A DNA stretch of 64,000 nucleotides from Camelus ferus (lineage: Eukaryota), in the NCBI RefSeq assembly GCF_009834535.1, contig NC_045707.1, forward strand, positions 55,554,001-55,618,000. Direction: 5' to 3'. The position numbers and the translations under genes are program-made. Positions 1-13,208 of this stretch are shown here, in pieces; the first letter of the stretch is position 1; the number at the start of each line of letters is the position of its first letter. The notes beneath the pieces were generated by a model, which was not told the DNA's origin, ran no database searches, and was given only the letters and a program-made list of their open reading frames with translations.

Positions 1-338
1 CTCAAGTCACACAAGCCCAAGAATTGACAGAATAATTCATTACCAGTAATAAGCCCCCTTCATTGTTTGCTACATTCACATGCCTAGGTGTAGCCCTCTC
101 GTCTCCTCAAGCTTACTCTCCATGTAGAATTATGGCAAGTGCCCAAGAGGTAGCTGAGGCCATCTCACAAATTTAGGGGCTTTCTACTCATAATTTCTCT
201 GGCTACACTGTAAATCCTACAGGTAGCACTGTTCTCACCAGCTATTATTAACCTGTTCTGCACACCACTATTTCCTTTGTATGCCTTAAAGTCCAGTGAT
301 CATCAAAGCCAGCTCTACTGCTGGTTCGTACTACCAAC

Positions 339-854
339 TGTAATAGGGAGGAACAAACGTGACACCATATTAGATCTGTTCCTTTAGCTCTAACCCTGTG
401 CTCTGTTTCCTGTGCTTAGCCATGCTGGTTCTACACCTTTTGTAAAAGAATGTTGCCTATGGCCTGAAACACACAGGATAGCCCATTCTCAAGGCTCTGA
501 CCTTTAAGGATATAACACTTTTCCATTCATATAGAGATAAAAAGTTGCAGAACAGAGAATAATATTTGTTTTGTTGGAGGTTTACAGGAACATCATGACC
601 TGACCTACGTGGACACCTGCAAGAACAAAGGATTCTACACCAAGAAATTTACAACAACCAACCATACCCTCTCCCCTTTTTAGTATAAAAGGAACCTGAA
701 TTCTGACTTGGGTAACATGGTTCTCTAGGATATTAGCTCCCCATCTTCTCGGTCTGCTGGCTTTCCAAATAAGGTCATTATGTCTTGCCCCAATGCCTCG
801 TCTCCCAATATGGCTTGTCTTGTGGAAAGCAGAATGAGTTTGGACTTGGTAACA
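339..854 (+). mobile_element. ERV1-class solo LTR (516 bp)
   Basis: TG...CA termini (TGTAATAGGG...GGTAACA); 4-bp TSD CAAC/CAAT with 1 mismatch; TATAAAA at 684-690; degenerate polyA signal AATAAG at 768-773. Confidence 0.8.
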
Positions 855-1000
855 CAATTACCCTGAGATACAGCTACTGCTTCCCATAGGCATTATCAGA
901 CCTATCAGGCACTATCTGTTCTAGGTATTGTGACTGACTGAAAAAAAAAGAGAATGTCCATTTGTGCTACCCTCTGAGGCAAGTTCTAAAGCAATGCTTA

Positions 1001-1195
1001 ATAATAGGTATCACTAACTTAACACTCACAATGTGGTAGGCACTATGCTAAATCATCTCATCCAATGCTCATTACTTAAAAATTAAAATCTGAAGCTAAA
1101 ATCATTCAGTAAAGTGTTGAAGTTCACTCAGTAGTTCAGCAATGCTGATTTCTACATCTATATTTGACTCCAAAACTCGGATTCTGAACCATGTT
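1001..1195 (-). mobile_element. MIR SINE, decayed
   Basis: Reverse-orientation MIR motifs: ...atgtggtaggcactatgctaa...tttgactccaaaactc...ctgaaccatg. Confidence 0.6.
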
Positions 1196-1669
1196 TCTAA
1201 ACATATACAAAGGTTTCATGGAAATTTTCTTCCGGTGTTTACTTAAAGCCTTTCTTTACCGCTAGGATCTAGTGGTAAGACTATGAGCTGCTGAGCTGCT
1301 AAAAATCCAAATGAAAAGAACTATGTTCTATGCAAAATCATTCTACCCCAACAACCCTGACATTGCATTACAGAGCCAAGCCTGTTGTATCTGACTTTCT
1401 CTTTGGAACAAATTTCTTCCCAAGAAATGCTTAAACATTTTATGTAAATAGGTATCAGTTCTGTACCTGCCTGGAAATATCTTAGCCCAGAAATGGATAA
1501 AGCTTGGGCTAAAACTGGTATCCATGTACTCTGTGTCATGTGACCTAGAGCAGAAATTTTCTTTATGGTCTAAGGACTCCTGACACCCTTAAAAATGACC
1601 AAAGACCTCAAAGAACTTGGACTTGTGAGTTACGTCCATCTATGTTTACCACGTTAGACATTTTTAGTG

Positions 1670-2156
1670 CGTAGTACATGAAATACAGCCAAAAACTATT
1701 TGCAGTTCCTTCAAACAAGAGGTAGAGTCTATTTCCCAACTTTGAATTTTTGCTAGCTTTGTGATTTGCTTTGACCACAATAATGCAGCAGAAGTGACAT
1801 TCTATGACTTCCAAGAGTAGGTCTTAAAACACTCTGTAGCTTCGGCTTTTGATGTTTTGGAATTCTAAAACCACCATACCATGAAGAAACCATATCTAGT
1901 TTATTGAATTAGAGGTCTTGTGGAGGAAAACTGAGATGCCCCAGCTTACAGGTAGCACCAACAGACTTACGAATTAGGACATCCTGCGCCTTGTAGTCCA
2001 GCAGACCCTTAGCTAAATGCAGCCTCATTATTGAACTTAGAGGAAATCAAGAGAGGAAATGCTCATTCATTATAAGTTATATGGAGAAACAGTAAGTTGC
2101 CATTGTTTTAAACCACTAAATTTGGAGTAGTTTTTTATGTAGAAATAGGTAACTGC
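1670..2156 (+). mobile_element. MLT1 (ERVL-MaLR) LTR
   Basis: gcagaagtgacattctatgacttcc core and MaLR 3' end tgttttaaaccactaaatttggagtagtt...aggtaactg. Confidence 0.7.
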
Positions 2157-4749
2157 CAAGGAAATCTTACGCAGTTTTATGGTAGTTTGGGGTACCTAAA
2201 CATTGTAGAGTTTGAAACACACAAAGAAAATTACATTCTAGTTAATGAGAAAAATATAATTTACTTTAAATATAATTCATTTGCTCTTTTGATTTTCTGA
2301 AAACAAGTACTAGCTTTATTTACACAATAGTCCTTGGGAGGATTTTTAAAAAATTTCCCAATACTCTTCATATATTCCCCTCAAGCTCAGTGTGTGTGCA
2401 CATATGCATGTCTGCATATGTATTTAATAATCAAAATTTTGGCAATTTCTACTGATGACTCCAATAGTTGAAACATTTTTAATGGCCCTTTTGTATATGT
2501 GGCAAGAGTTAGTATAATGGTGCCCATGATCCTTGATTACTGGATTAATATACTGGTCAAAGTGAAATGCACATATTCTTCGGCACTAAAGTTTCATAAA
2601 AATAGGTCTAAATTAAGTGTAGAGTTGAGACAATTATCTGGATAATCAATTACCGAGTCTACTATTAAGAAACAGCAGAGATTTGAGGTTTAACATTTTC
2701 AGATGCTGTCTACATTGATTGAGTCATCCAGCTTTCCAATTCATCCTTTTTTGCAAACATGATTCAATTCTGTTTGATTCAGAATAATACCTTTAAGTGC
2801 CTCTATATCCACGTAAGTAAATGGAGTGAAGTGGTTATCTGTTTAATTGGTCTGTTATCAGCAATTGTGTATTTATCTTTAAAATATATACAAAATTGCC
2901 TCCATTTAGCTTTTTACTTTGAAAAGATACCATTTTAGTGTGCTGTTACATAAATTCAATTTTAAAACAAACATTTGAAGGGGTTAAGGAGTTCCTAAAA
3001 ATGATGATATAGGAACTAGAAGACACCGAGAATACTCGAAATCATATATTTGAACATGACCTATTTCTAACCTGTGAGTTACCTTCTAAGAAAGGAAAAA
3101 TAATGGTTATAGCATTGACTTAATTATCTGTTGTTCTATTCTTACAGCACAATATTGGCTTTGCCATTAATTCTTTTGACATTAACTCATTAACTAACTT
3201 ATTAACTCTCATGATATTCCAGGACGTAGATTTTCTTTTCTCCTAAAAGAGACTGTATAGAATGTGAAAAGTGAGAAAAAAAATCTGACAAATTTCCAAT
3301 TAGTGTGATTGACACAGAAAGTCAAGCAACAAAAATCAGGAGCCAAATATAGCTTTTCTTATGAATGATTTACAAACTAATTTGATCAGTCTCGTATGTC
3401 ACCAATGCCCCCATCATTTTCAAAATCCTTGATCACTCTTTGGTCTTCTTGTAACTGGAGCATACTTGTAGCAACTAATTATTAACCCATGTTTTTCCAC
3501 TGGCTTTTCAATGACAAGTGCTCCATAATTGCTTATTTATTTATTGAAAGACAGGAAGTTTTATCTTGGCATCTCAGTATCATTTATTCCTCTTCAGTCA
3601 GAAAGAGAATAGGCCAATAGTGCTGTGATTTTCCTTGACTGCTTCCTTCTTCCTTTTCTCTCAACCAATTACTTAATTCTGTCCATCCCTTCCTTATTTA
3701 TTTATCTTTAAAGAAAGGCTAGCTGTATCCTTGGCTTTATAACCACTCGCCTCTAACAGAAACAGTACTATTTAGCAAGCAGGGTGAGCTCTTGAGTTGG
3801 AGCCAACTTTGCCTGAACTTTCCTTGGTTTCCTCACTTATAAAACAGTAAACTATCCATCTAAGAAGGGAGTGGTAAGAGTACATCATAAAATTGTTCTT
3901 TATGAAAATATGAAAATGCATGTATTCTGATTTATATTACAAATAAAAGCTAGCTTAATTTGGGAGGAAAAAAGTATTTTTCCAGGATTAATTTCTGGAA
4001 ATTAACCAATTTTAAGACTTTTTCAGGAATTCTGATTAAACTGTTAGTTTTACAACAAGCTTTTCAGATTTCTGAGAATTACAGAATATAAGGATTGGAA
4101 GGGATCCTAAAAATTAGAAGTGAGGGGGAGAGGGAAGAAAAGATAAAGGAATGGGGAAGGAAGGAAAAAAGGAAGATAAAAAGAGACAAATTAAGTACTA
4201 TCATACCTAAAAAAAATTGTAGGGATAAACCTCACACTTAAATCCTAATAATTTAATGATAAAAGTTTACAGAATAAAGCCACATTATTTTTTAATATAA
4301 AAATGAAAAATAAACTTGAAAAAGGCACATAAGGGTGAATTCTCAAAGACTCATGAAGGATGACAGATACATAATGGCCTCGAGGATCAATCAGTACAGT
4401 TCCTTTATTACTTTTGAAATTTTGCATCGTATGTTATGCTTTGAGCATAATAAACTCTCAGAACACGTTTGTAGTCAAATAATACAAAGCCACCTTAGCT
4501 TGAGGGAAGGTTAACAATAAAAGAACCAATAGGAAAGTGGACTTCAACATTCTGATAGAGTATTATTTTAATATTATTTATTCAAATGGCCAAAACACAT
4601 TTCCTTTATTCAGGTTCAACAACAAATAGCTACTGATCTATATAAACTATATATAAGACAATTTATAAAAAATAGTCACTGCTTCCCAAAGCATATAGAG
4701 TCACGCTGAGGAGAAAGAACTTTCATGTAGAAAGTTTTTTAAAATAAGG

Positions 4750-5530
4750 TGGGATTTATGCTTTTGACCAAGAAGTATCGGTGGATGGATTTATCCTTCT
4801 GTCTACAACTCCATGAAAAACAAGTAAAATACAGGAAATGGTGTTTTTAGAACATTGGACATCAAGTGACAAAGGACAATGTTGTAACCTCTGAGAGATG
4901 AGCAACAGACAAGGTGAGTCCCCGGATTGCACCCGCATACTATCTTTAGAGTCATTCCAGACCATGACACAGAAAGAGTAATCCAGATGGAGCCCAGCAG
5001 TCTCCCCTGAATTGAGGAAATGGAGCTGAGAGCCATCAGAACCAAAGTGGCTAGAATTCTCAGGGCAGCCAACTGGTGAGGAGAGAGTTGCAGAGAAAAA
5101 ATACCCAAGAGATCTCCAGAGGCTCCTGTCTTAAATATTCAGCAGAGTACTGAGCAGTGCATGCACGTGAAGAAATTACTCAAAGCCAGGAAAGAATCAC
5201 TCAAAAGGATTAGAGGACACAGTACTAAGAGCACACACAGGAACAGCATAATGTGCTTCCCTTAGCCAGAATGAAAACCGGTTAACTCACAGGACATTGG
5301 GGAGAATACTCAGAAAGAGCTTGCCTCAGTAGTGGGGAATAAGTAATTAGCCCTAGACTAACTACGGCTCAGGTTCTACCTAATAAGTCTCAGAAGCAAG
5401 ACCTAGAAGTATCTGTTTTCCAAGTGACTCAACTATATCCCAGAAAAAAGCTCAAGAATACTTTTAGGAATATAAAAAAAATGACACTCAACAATGTGAA
5501 ATTCGTAACATCTGCAACTAAACAATATAC
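4750..5530 (+). mobile_element. Old L1 (L1MC/L1MD-type) 5' UTR fragment
   Basis: Resembles recalled L1M 5'-end consensus (ggacatcaag...ctgagagatg...gagcccagcagtctccc...gcctcagtagtggggaataa...ctgtttccaagt). Confidence 0.65.
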
Positions 5531-5611
5531 TGAAGAGCACTAGAAACACTACTTAGGTAAATACATATGATGTTTTTCATTTTGTAAATTTACTGAAAAG
5601 AAAAAAAAACC

Positions 5612-6460
5612 TGGATTTCTGCTTCGAGGAAGAGGTAATAGAAGTATTCTTCTTTATAGCTTTGCTAAGCCCAACTAAGAACTCTGAACATAATATAAAA
5701 CACAAATTTAAAACGACTTTGAAAGGTAGAGAAAAGCCAGACTCACTAGGGAAATTGGGACCCAAGGGGTGACACCTTGATGAGTTCTCTGCATTTTCTC
5801 TTTGCCTTCTAATATCACAAACTTGGAGCTGCAGAAGCCAGCAATCCACAGAATAGGTAGAAAGTTACTATATTTGAAAAAGTAAGATGGGATTTATGTC
5901 TCTGACCAACATGGAGTATCAGGGACTGGATTTATCCTCCTGCCTGAAACCACAAGAAAAATGGGCAAAATACAGGAAACAGTGATTTTTAAAGACACTG
6001 GACATCAAGTGACAAAGATGCTTCAGTGTGCAAACACACACAGAGCTTCAAGGAAAGCCTGTGTGTTCTAATGACAGGACAGAGAAAAGGGGCAGCCTAG
6101 TCAGACAAAAAAATTTTAGACAATAACTCTTCTACTCCAGTCAAACATGAAAGAAAAAAACAAAACAAAACTGTGGTCACATATCACTGACTCCAGGAAA
6201 GGCTGAGTGCAGATCTAGACTTTTAACCTAGTCAGGATATAATGTCATCCCAGTACCCCATCCCTCCCAGGCTGGTGCCAGAGAAGCCCAGGTTGGAACC
6301 CAGGATTTTCATCCTTTTTAATATCTATTAAAAAGCTTCCACCCAAAGTGGTATCAATGAAAACCACCAGAGAAGCAGTAACAAGAAACCCCTGTCTCTC
6401 TCTAGCAAGGGTGATACCAATGGGGGCCCAGAGGGGAGCCAGTACTCCCATTTACATGCA
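5612..6460 (+). mobile_element. L1MDa-like 5' UTR fragment, interrupted at ~5855-6017 by a local duplication
   Basis: ggacccaagg...acttggagctgcagaagccagcaa continues after the insert as aaaggggcagcctag...ttttagacaataact. Confidence 0.6.
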
Positions 6461-7042
6461 ACAAGAGCTAGGAAACATTTGTTTGTTCGTTTGTTTCTCA
6501 AGAGGCCATGGGGGAACCTTCACTTTGAGGTTCATCTCGCATAACAAAGTATTACCCTCTCCTTGCCTTATCTATAATGGTCCATGTTATGATCAAGGAT
6601 TATAATTTGCAAGTAAAGAACTGAGACTTAATCTCAGACTGATCATAATTAACAAAATTGAGTAGAATCCATTTCCCAGCCTTATCTTGATGGAGGATCA
6701 ACTTCTCTTTGTTCTCAGAACTGCTGTAGTAAGAGTGAATTAGCATGATGCAGGGAATCCAAAACCAGAACATTCAAAACAATTTTGCTATACTTTAAAT
6801 GCCTATCCGCATCTTCTTCCATCCATTCCCAAGGTTCAAAAAGATCTGTAGGTCTTTGTTACAGTATATTCTTTCTTAGATACCACTGGACCTTCTTTTT
6901 ATAACTGTGGTGTCAGTCATCGAATCGCTTAGTGTTCAAATTATAGTTTCAAAGCTCCCTTAGTAGCCACTAACCCCAAAAATGTTTGTAATATCTGTGA
7001 TTAGTAGGTCAAGTTCAATTAGTTATGATATATAATTGTTCC

Positions 7043-8342
7043 TTTTTTATTGATATACATAATACACAATATTATATAAGTTACATGTGTAGAACAGTGA
7101 TTCTCAAACTTTCTAAAGGTTATATTCCATTTATAGTTATAATAAAATATCGGCTATATTTCCAATGTTATACAATACATCCTTGTAGCTTATTTAGACA
7201 TAATAGTTTGTACCTCTTAACTCCCTACCCCTATACTGCCCCTCCCCCATTCTCTCTCCCCACTGATGACCACCGTTTTGTTCTCTATGTGAGTCTATTT
7301 CCTTTTTGTTACAGTCATTGTTTATTTCCACATGTAAGTGATACCATACAGTATTTGTCTTTCTGTGTCTGACTTACTTCATTTAGCATGATACCCTCCA
7401 AGTCCATCCATGTTGTTGCAAATGGCAAAATTTAATTTTTGATGGCTGAGTAGTATTCCATTGTGTGTATATGAAACATCTTTATTCATTCATCATTTGA
7501 TGGGCACTTAGGTTGCTTCCCTATCTGGGCAAGTATAAATAATGCTGCTACAAACATTGTGGTGGATGTATCTTTTCGAATTAGTTTTTTCTTTTCTTTT
7601 TTTCAGATGTATACCCAGGAGTGGGTATACAATTCCAGGAGTGGAATTGCTGAGTCATATGGTAGTTCTATTTTTAGTTTCTTGTGAAACCTCCATAATC
7701 TTTTCCACAATGGCTGCACCAGTTTACATTCTTATCTACACTGTATGAGGGTTCCCTTTTCTCCACATCCTCACCAACATTTGTTATTTCGGTCCTTTTT
7801 GATGATAGTCATTCTGACAAGTGTGAGGTGGTGTCTCATTGTAGTTTTAATTTACATTTCTCTGATGATTAATGATGTTGAGCATATTTTCCTGTGTCTG
7901 TTGGCCATCTGTATGTCTTCTTTGGAAAAATGTCTATTCAGGTCTTCAGCCCATTTGTTAATCAGGTTGTTTGGGGTTTTTTCAATCTTGATTTGTATGA
8001 GTTGTTTATGTATGTTGGGTTTTAAACTCTTATTGGTCATATCATCAGCAAATATTTTCTCCCATTCAATAGTTTGTCTTCCCATTTGCTGAGAGTTTCC
8101 TTTCCTATGCAAAAGCTTTTAAGTCCAGTTGGGTCCCATTTGTTTATGTTTGCTTTTATTTTTATTTCCTTTGCTTTAGGAGACAGTTCCAGAGAGATAT
8201 TGCTTGTCAAAGAGTGTCCTGGCTATGTTTTCTTCTAGAAGTTTTATGGTTTCTTGTCATAAATCTAGGTCTTTAATTCATTTTGAGTTTATTTTTGTAT
8301 ATGGTAAGAGAAATTATTCTAATTTCATTCCTTTGCATGTAG
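7043..8342 (-). mobile_element. L1 3' portion (ORF2 C-terminus + 3' UTR), non-inverted part of a 5'-inverted insertion
   Basis: ORF 7852-8112(-) EWEKIFA...[21 protein letters not shown]...STSLIIREM is L1 ORF2p; 3' UTR and T-run near 7043. Confidence 0.95.
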
Positions 8343-8963
8343 CAAAATTAAAATACAGAATCTGTTGCATTTCTATATGCCAACAATGAACTATCAGAAG
8401 GAGAAATTAAGTAAACAATCTCATTTACCACTGCATCAAAAGGAATAAAGTACCTAGGAATAAATCTATCTAAGGAGGTAAAAGACATGTACTCAGAAAA
8501 CTATAAGACACTAATGAAAGAAACTGAAAACGACACAAACAGAAAGATATACCATGTTCATGGACTGGAAGACTTAATATTGTTAAATGACCATACAACA
8601 CAAGGCAATCTACAGATTTAATGCAATCTCTATCAAAATACCAAGGGTATTTTCCATAGGACTAGAACAAATAACTTAAAAATTTGTATGGAAACACAAA
8701 TGATCCCCAATAGCCAAAACAATCTTGAGAAAGGAGGACAGAACTGAAGGAATAATGCTCCTAGACTTTAGACTATACTGTAAAGCTACAGTAATCAAGA
8801 TAGTATGATACTGGTGCAAAAACAGACACATGGATCCATGGAACAGAATAGAGAGCCCAGAAATAAACCTACACACTTATGGTCAAGTAATCTATGACAA
8901 AAAAGGCAGGAATATTCAATGGAGAAAAGACATTCTGTTCAGTAAGTGGTGCTGGGAAACTGG
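8343..8963 (+). mobile_element. L1 ORF2 internal segment, inverted part of the same insertion
   Basis: aaagtacctaggaataaatct...ccatgttcatggactggaagact...gtggtgctgggaaactgg, in opposite orientation to 7043-8342. Confidence 0.92.
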
Positions 8964-11865
8964 TGTATATTTTTTTTAGAGTTGGTTCTCAATAAATACC
9001 TATGTATTAGCCATACCTATATCTAGAGACATCTTAAATCTATATATTATGAGGAAGCTAGCACCCATAACAGCTTTGTTGTACTTTTTAAGTATCATAT
9101 TGAGAATATATTATTAAATAAATAGTAATTCCAAAAATTCATATCTCAAGATTAAGTTAATAAAATTTAGATTAATAAATTGTGAGGCAGCTGTGTTGGT
9201 GGTGGTAACGGAAGTTTTTGTTTTCTTGGTTGTCCTCACTAGCCATTGGGCACCTGCTAAAAATCACTTAAGTCCAGCATTCGCTACTGGTTCCCAAGTA
9301 AAGAGTTCAAGGCATCTTGAATTCAGGGTATGATGAGTTCATTCACTTTGCCTGAACTGTTTTGCCTGAATCTTTTTCCTGTACCACCGTCGATGGAGGT
9401 GTCACTGATAAACTGCAAATTTTCAATATGCATCTTCACCTTCTGGGTTCCAGATAATGCAATATATCCCTAGAGTTCTTCCCAGATTTCCTGGGTTTAT
9501 TCAACTCTATCCTGTATTCTCTCATGAAAAAGAGAAGACATTTCTCCTGGCTTGGAGTTTCTTGCATAGATTTTCCTTCCACCCTGAATACTTAAGGGAG
9601 CTTCTAAAATCAGTTTAAGGTTTTATACAGGAAATACTCTAGGTACAACCTATGATGAGAGAGAATTAGGAAACAATGGCTAGTCTATCTGTTCTGCCTC
9701 TCTTGCATTTGTACACAGAATGTAGAAAGAAAAGGTATCCAGTTATTGGATGCCTTCCTGCTGGTGACAGAGTTGAGCCAGCACTTAAAAAATAATGTTG
9801 GAATTCAATGTAATCAGAACTGTCTACACTTCTGAACTCTTTCCAAGTCTGGGCATATAAGTGTGGCAGTATCTACCTACTGAATGCTGCTATTATCTGG
9901 CAAGGAAATTCCAATTAAATGGTATCATTACCTAGATATGGATAGGTTTCAGAATTTCAGCATAAAGAAAGAGAAAAAAGAAAACAAAATAAAGCCAAAA
10001 TCTAAGCCTGGAGTTGTCTCTCATATTTTTCAAACATACTGCTATCTGAGACCACCAAATTTCTTCCCTCTCACCATACTGCTTCACTGCCTGGGTCCAC
10101 AATAACCAGTCAAGGTAGTATACCTCACGTGTGTCCCTAAGCTCTCCGAAGACACGTAACAGTACTGTTGGAACTTATATGCGTTTTGATATATTCTCAT
10201 CGACACTGGTAGGTTTGGATCTTGGCTAGTGTCATTTCCACATGCCCTTGTAGGGAATATTTTTTACCCTCTCAGCTTGCCTTCAGCTTCTGCCTCTTTC
10301 TTTCCTTGATCAGCCTTAATAACTAAAAAAGTTGTGGGGAGAAGGGGAGCAATCATTCTCTAATTACACTAAGATAGAACAATTTACTTGGAAAAGCTTG
10401 AGCCTGGAACCAATCCAAAAAACATTTGAACTCATATCCGGATTCCGCAGCCTTTCAGGTTGTAAAGAACTATTCTCGCCCAGCATTCTGGGAAGTTATT
10501 AAGAAATTAGCTAGAATTGCCCTCCAGCTCTCTATTCACTAAAATGCCCACCTGAAGGCATTTACACGTTCTGCCACAGTCACTGACTTGTTTGTTTTGA
10601 TTTGTGTTGGTCTGTCCTGGCATTCAAGCACAGAGTTTTCTAACTCTGATACCTCTGTATCTAGCAACAACTCAGTAAGATACCCTGGGTCACAATTTTA
10701 CAAGTCCCTGTCCTGATGCTAGGGTAGAACTTCCTGAAAATTCCAGCTTTTGATCACAGTTTCTTCCAGTAAGAGAGGAAATAAGTATCCTGATGCTGAG
10801 ATACATTCACCAGTTTGACAAAGTGTTTTCTGCTCTCCAAAGACCTGCCTTAAGGCTCTCTCCCTTTTTAAAGGATGCATCGGGAAGAAAACTGACCACT
10901 TTTTATTGAATCCCTGACTAGCTTCCAACAAACTCTTTTTCAATAGGCTAGCACACAAGGTAGATAATTAACTGCACAGAAACTACTCCCTTCAGTACAG
11001 CCTTCCTAAGTATCCACGTCTAATATGATTTTAATGAAGTTTTCAACATCCCATAGATCCTATTCACAGTTGGTCATTATATCTAACACCAGAAATGTGA
11101 GTTTTCATCCCTATGCATTATTCCTACATGAACTTGGTACTAAAGAAGCAAGGGGATGTATTTAATTCTCACTTAGAAGTACTGTTATGCCTGTGAAGCA
11201 GTTCAGGTTTCACTCAAGATTTTTCTATATTGAAACGTGGGCAGATGTGTAAATCACCTAAGAAGAAGATGGAAAGAAACACCAAAAGAGACAGGGCTGA
11301 CCGCTTTTATCTGGCTCATTGCAAGATTATATCTGTGTATGATGGAAGCATCCCTCCCTAAAATTAATGGGATGGTGCCAATTCCTCAAAGATTATATTC
11401 AGCTAACTCTGAAGTCAGGAAAAGGCTTTTATTATGTGCCTACATTGCAGGTGGATTTACTTTCTCTCCATGTTTTCTAAATAGTACATAAGGTAGAATG
11501 TAGTATCAAATCATCATTGCCCTGGGACAATGGGATCGCACATGCTCTGAGATCCCTGTAGAGTCGGCCCACATGCATCACCCCCTACTCTACCACCTGC
11601 ATCTTGGTGCTCCTTTGTGACAATGTGATTCTCAAATCATCTTTTCCCAGTTGTTATATGAGAATTTCTAAGTCCATCCTGATTATCAGTTCTCATTCTA
11701 GTAGCCCACTGGGACTTACTTGCTTTTGTCAGGTTCCTGCTCTAATGGAAGGAAGTCTGCTTCTGAACCCTGGCCCAGGGCAATAACAATGTCACCTGAA
11801 GAAAACCTTCTCAGTTGATCACTATTAGTCTACCTGGATTTTAGGTATCGCCAGCGATATGTAGG

Positions 11866-12240
11866 TGTGATGGTTAACTGTATGTGTCAGCTGGGCTAGG
11901 GGGTGTCCGTATAACTGGTAAAATATTATTTCTGGGTGTTTTCTGTGATGGCGTTTTCAGAAGCAATCAGCATTTGAATTGGTCAACTGAATAAAAAAGA
12001 TTACCCTTACCAATTTGGGGTGGGCAGAATTCAATTTGTAGAGAGCCTGAATAAAACAAAAAAGCAGAGGAAGGGTGGATTTGCTTCCTACTTGAACTGG
12101 GACATCATCATCTCCAGTCCTTGGGTTTGGCACTGCTGGTTCTCAGGCCTTTAGATTTTGACTAGAATTATACCACAGACTTGCACAGGCCTCCAGCTAG
12201 GAGAGGGCACAATGTAGAACTTCTCAGCCTCTGTAATCAC
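11866..12240 (+). mobile_element. MLT2 (ERVL) LTR, 3'-truncated
   Basis: tgtgatggttaactgtatgtgtcagct start; agcatttgaattggt...gcctgaataaaacaaaaaagcagagg. Confidence 0.8.
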
Positions 12241-12244
12241 ATCA

Positions 12245-12378
12245 TGGTTTGTGGTATGTATCAATTTCTGTAAATATTCCTACCATGGACATTTTAAAGC
12301 TACCAATATGTCATTATTGAATGCAGAGCTGTGCACTAGGGGCTAGCATGAGCAGATAACACTAGCTGCAGCCCACCT
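12245..12378. mobile_element. MER63-like hAT DNA transposon fragment
   Basis: tgtaaatattcctaccatggacattttaaagctaccaa resembles MER63. Confidence 0.5.
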
Positions 12379-13208
12379 ATCTAGATTACCCATGATTCTC
12401 TTCTTCATATTGGAACCTCTTTGTCAATTATTTTACTTGAACTATAAATGTGAATGGCTTGTAGATTTTGGAGTCCAACCCAATCCACCCCAAACAGAAT
12501 GTCTGTGTGTAGGTAAATTTCCCTGTTCAAGTAGACCATCCACACACCAATTCTCACCATATGCTCAACCCAACACCCATAACTACAGGTTTAGTGCCAG
12601 ACCCTAATCCTGAATATTCCACCAGTACATCACTAAAGAACCGTAAAAAATAACAGGACAAAATCAAGAATACTAGAGTATATTCAGAGCCTTTTTATTT
12701 TAGGTCAACTAACTTTAAAGTAAGTTGATTACCAAACTACCAATTAATTGTTCCATACTAATAGAGTGAAGACAAATGACTATGTTATTAAACTATCAGA
12801 AGTACTCATATGAGAGGTTACAGGGTTTCAAATATTTTGGCTACCACTTGTCATTGCGTAGGCTAGCAGGTGGTCGTATTTCTGAGCTTTGCAGTAAGTA
12901 GCCTAATTAAGGGCTCAGCTATTCTAGTGTAATTTGTCACTGACTCTTTCCAAGTATACTGAGTACTGAGTTGCTTTTCTCTGATATTATCTAAATTAAA
13001 AGTAAATCAACAAGGACAGAACATGTGAGCTGGCTAGCAAACAGGTTGAGTAGAACATTAAATCAACTAATTAAACAAATGGAATCCATCTGGTAAAACA
13101 AAAAGCGTAGTATAGAAAACTGGTTAAGATCTAGACTTGCTGAGCCACATATCTGTGTCTCAATCCTGATGCATCATCTGTACGACATTGAACAAGTTAC
13201 CGAACATC

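Noticed and set aside
2703..2812. Plus-strand exon-like segment (ttttcag| ... CAC|GTAAGT)
   Set aside because: Short pyrimidine tract, stops in all frames, no supporting context
7025..8876. Several 60-115 aa ORFs, some hydrophobic
   Set aside because: They are sense or antisense frames of L1 sequence, not host genes
9326..9470. Minus-strand open frame GYIALSGTQKVKMHIENLQF...
   Set aside because: Only 48 codons, poor splice acceptor, no recognisable homology
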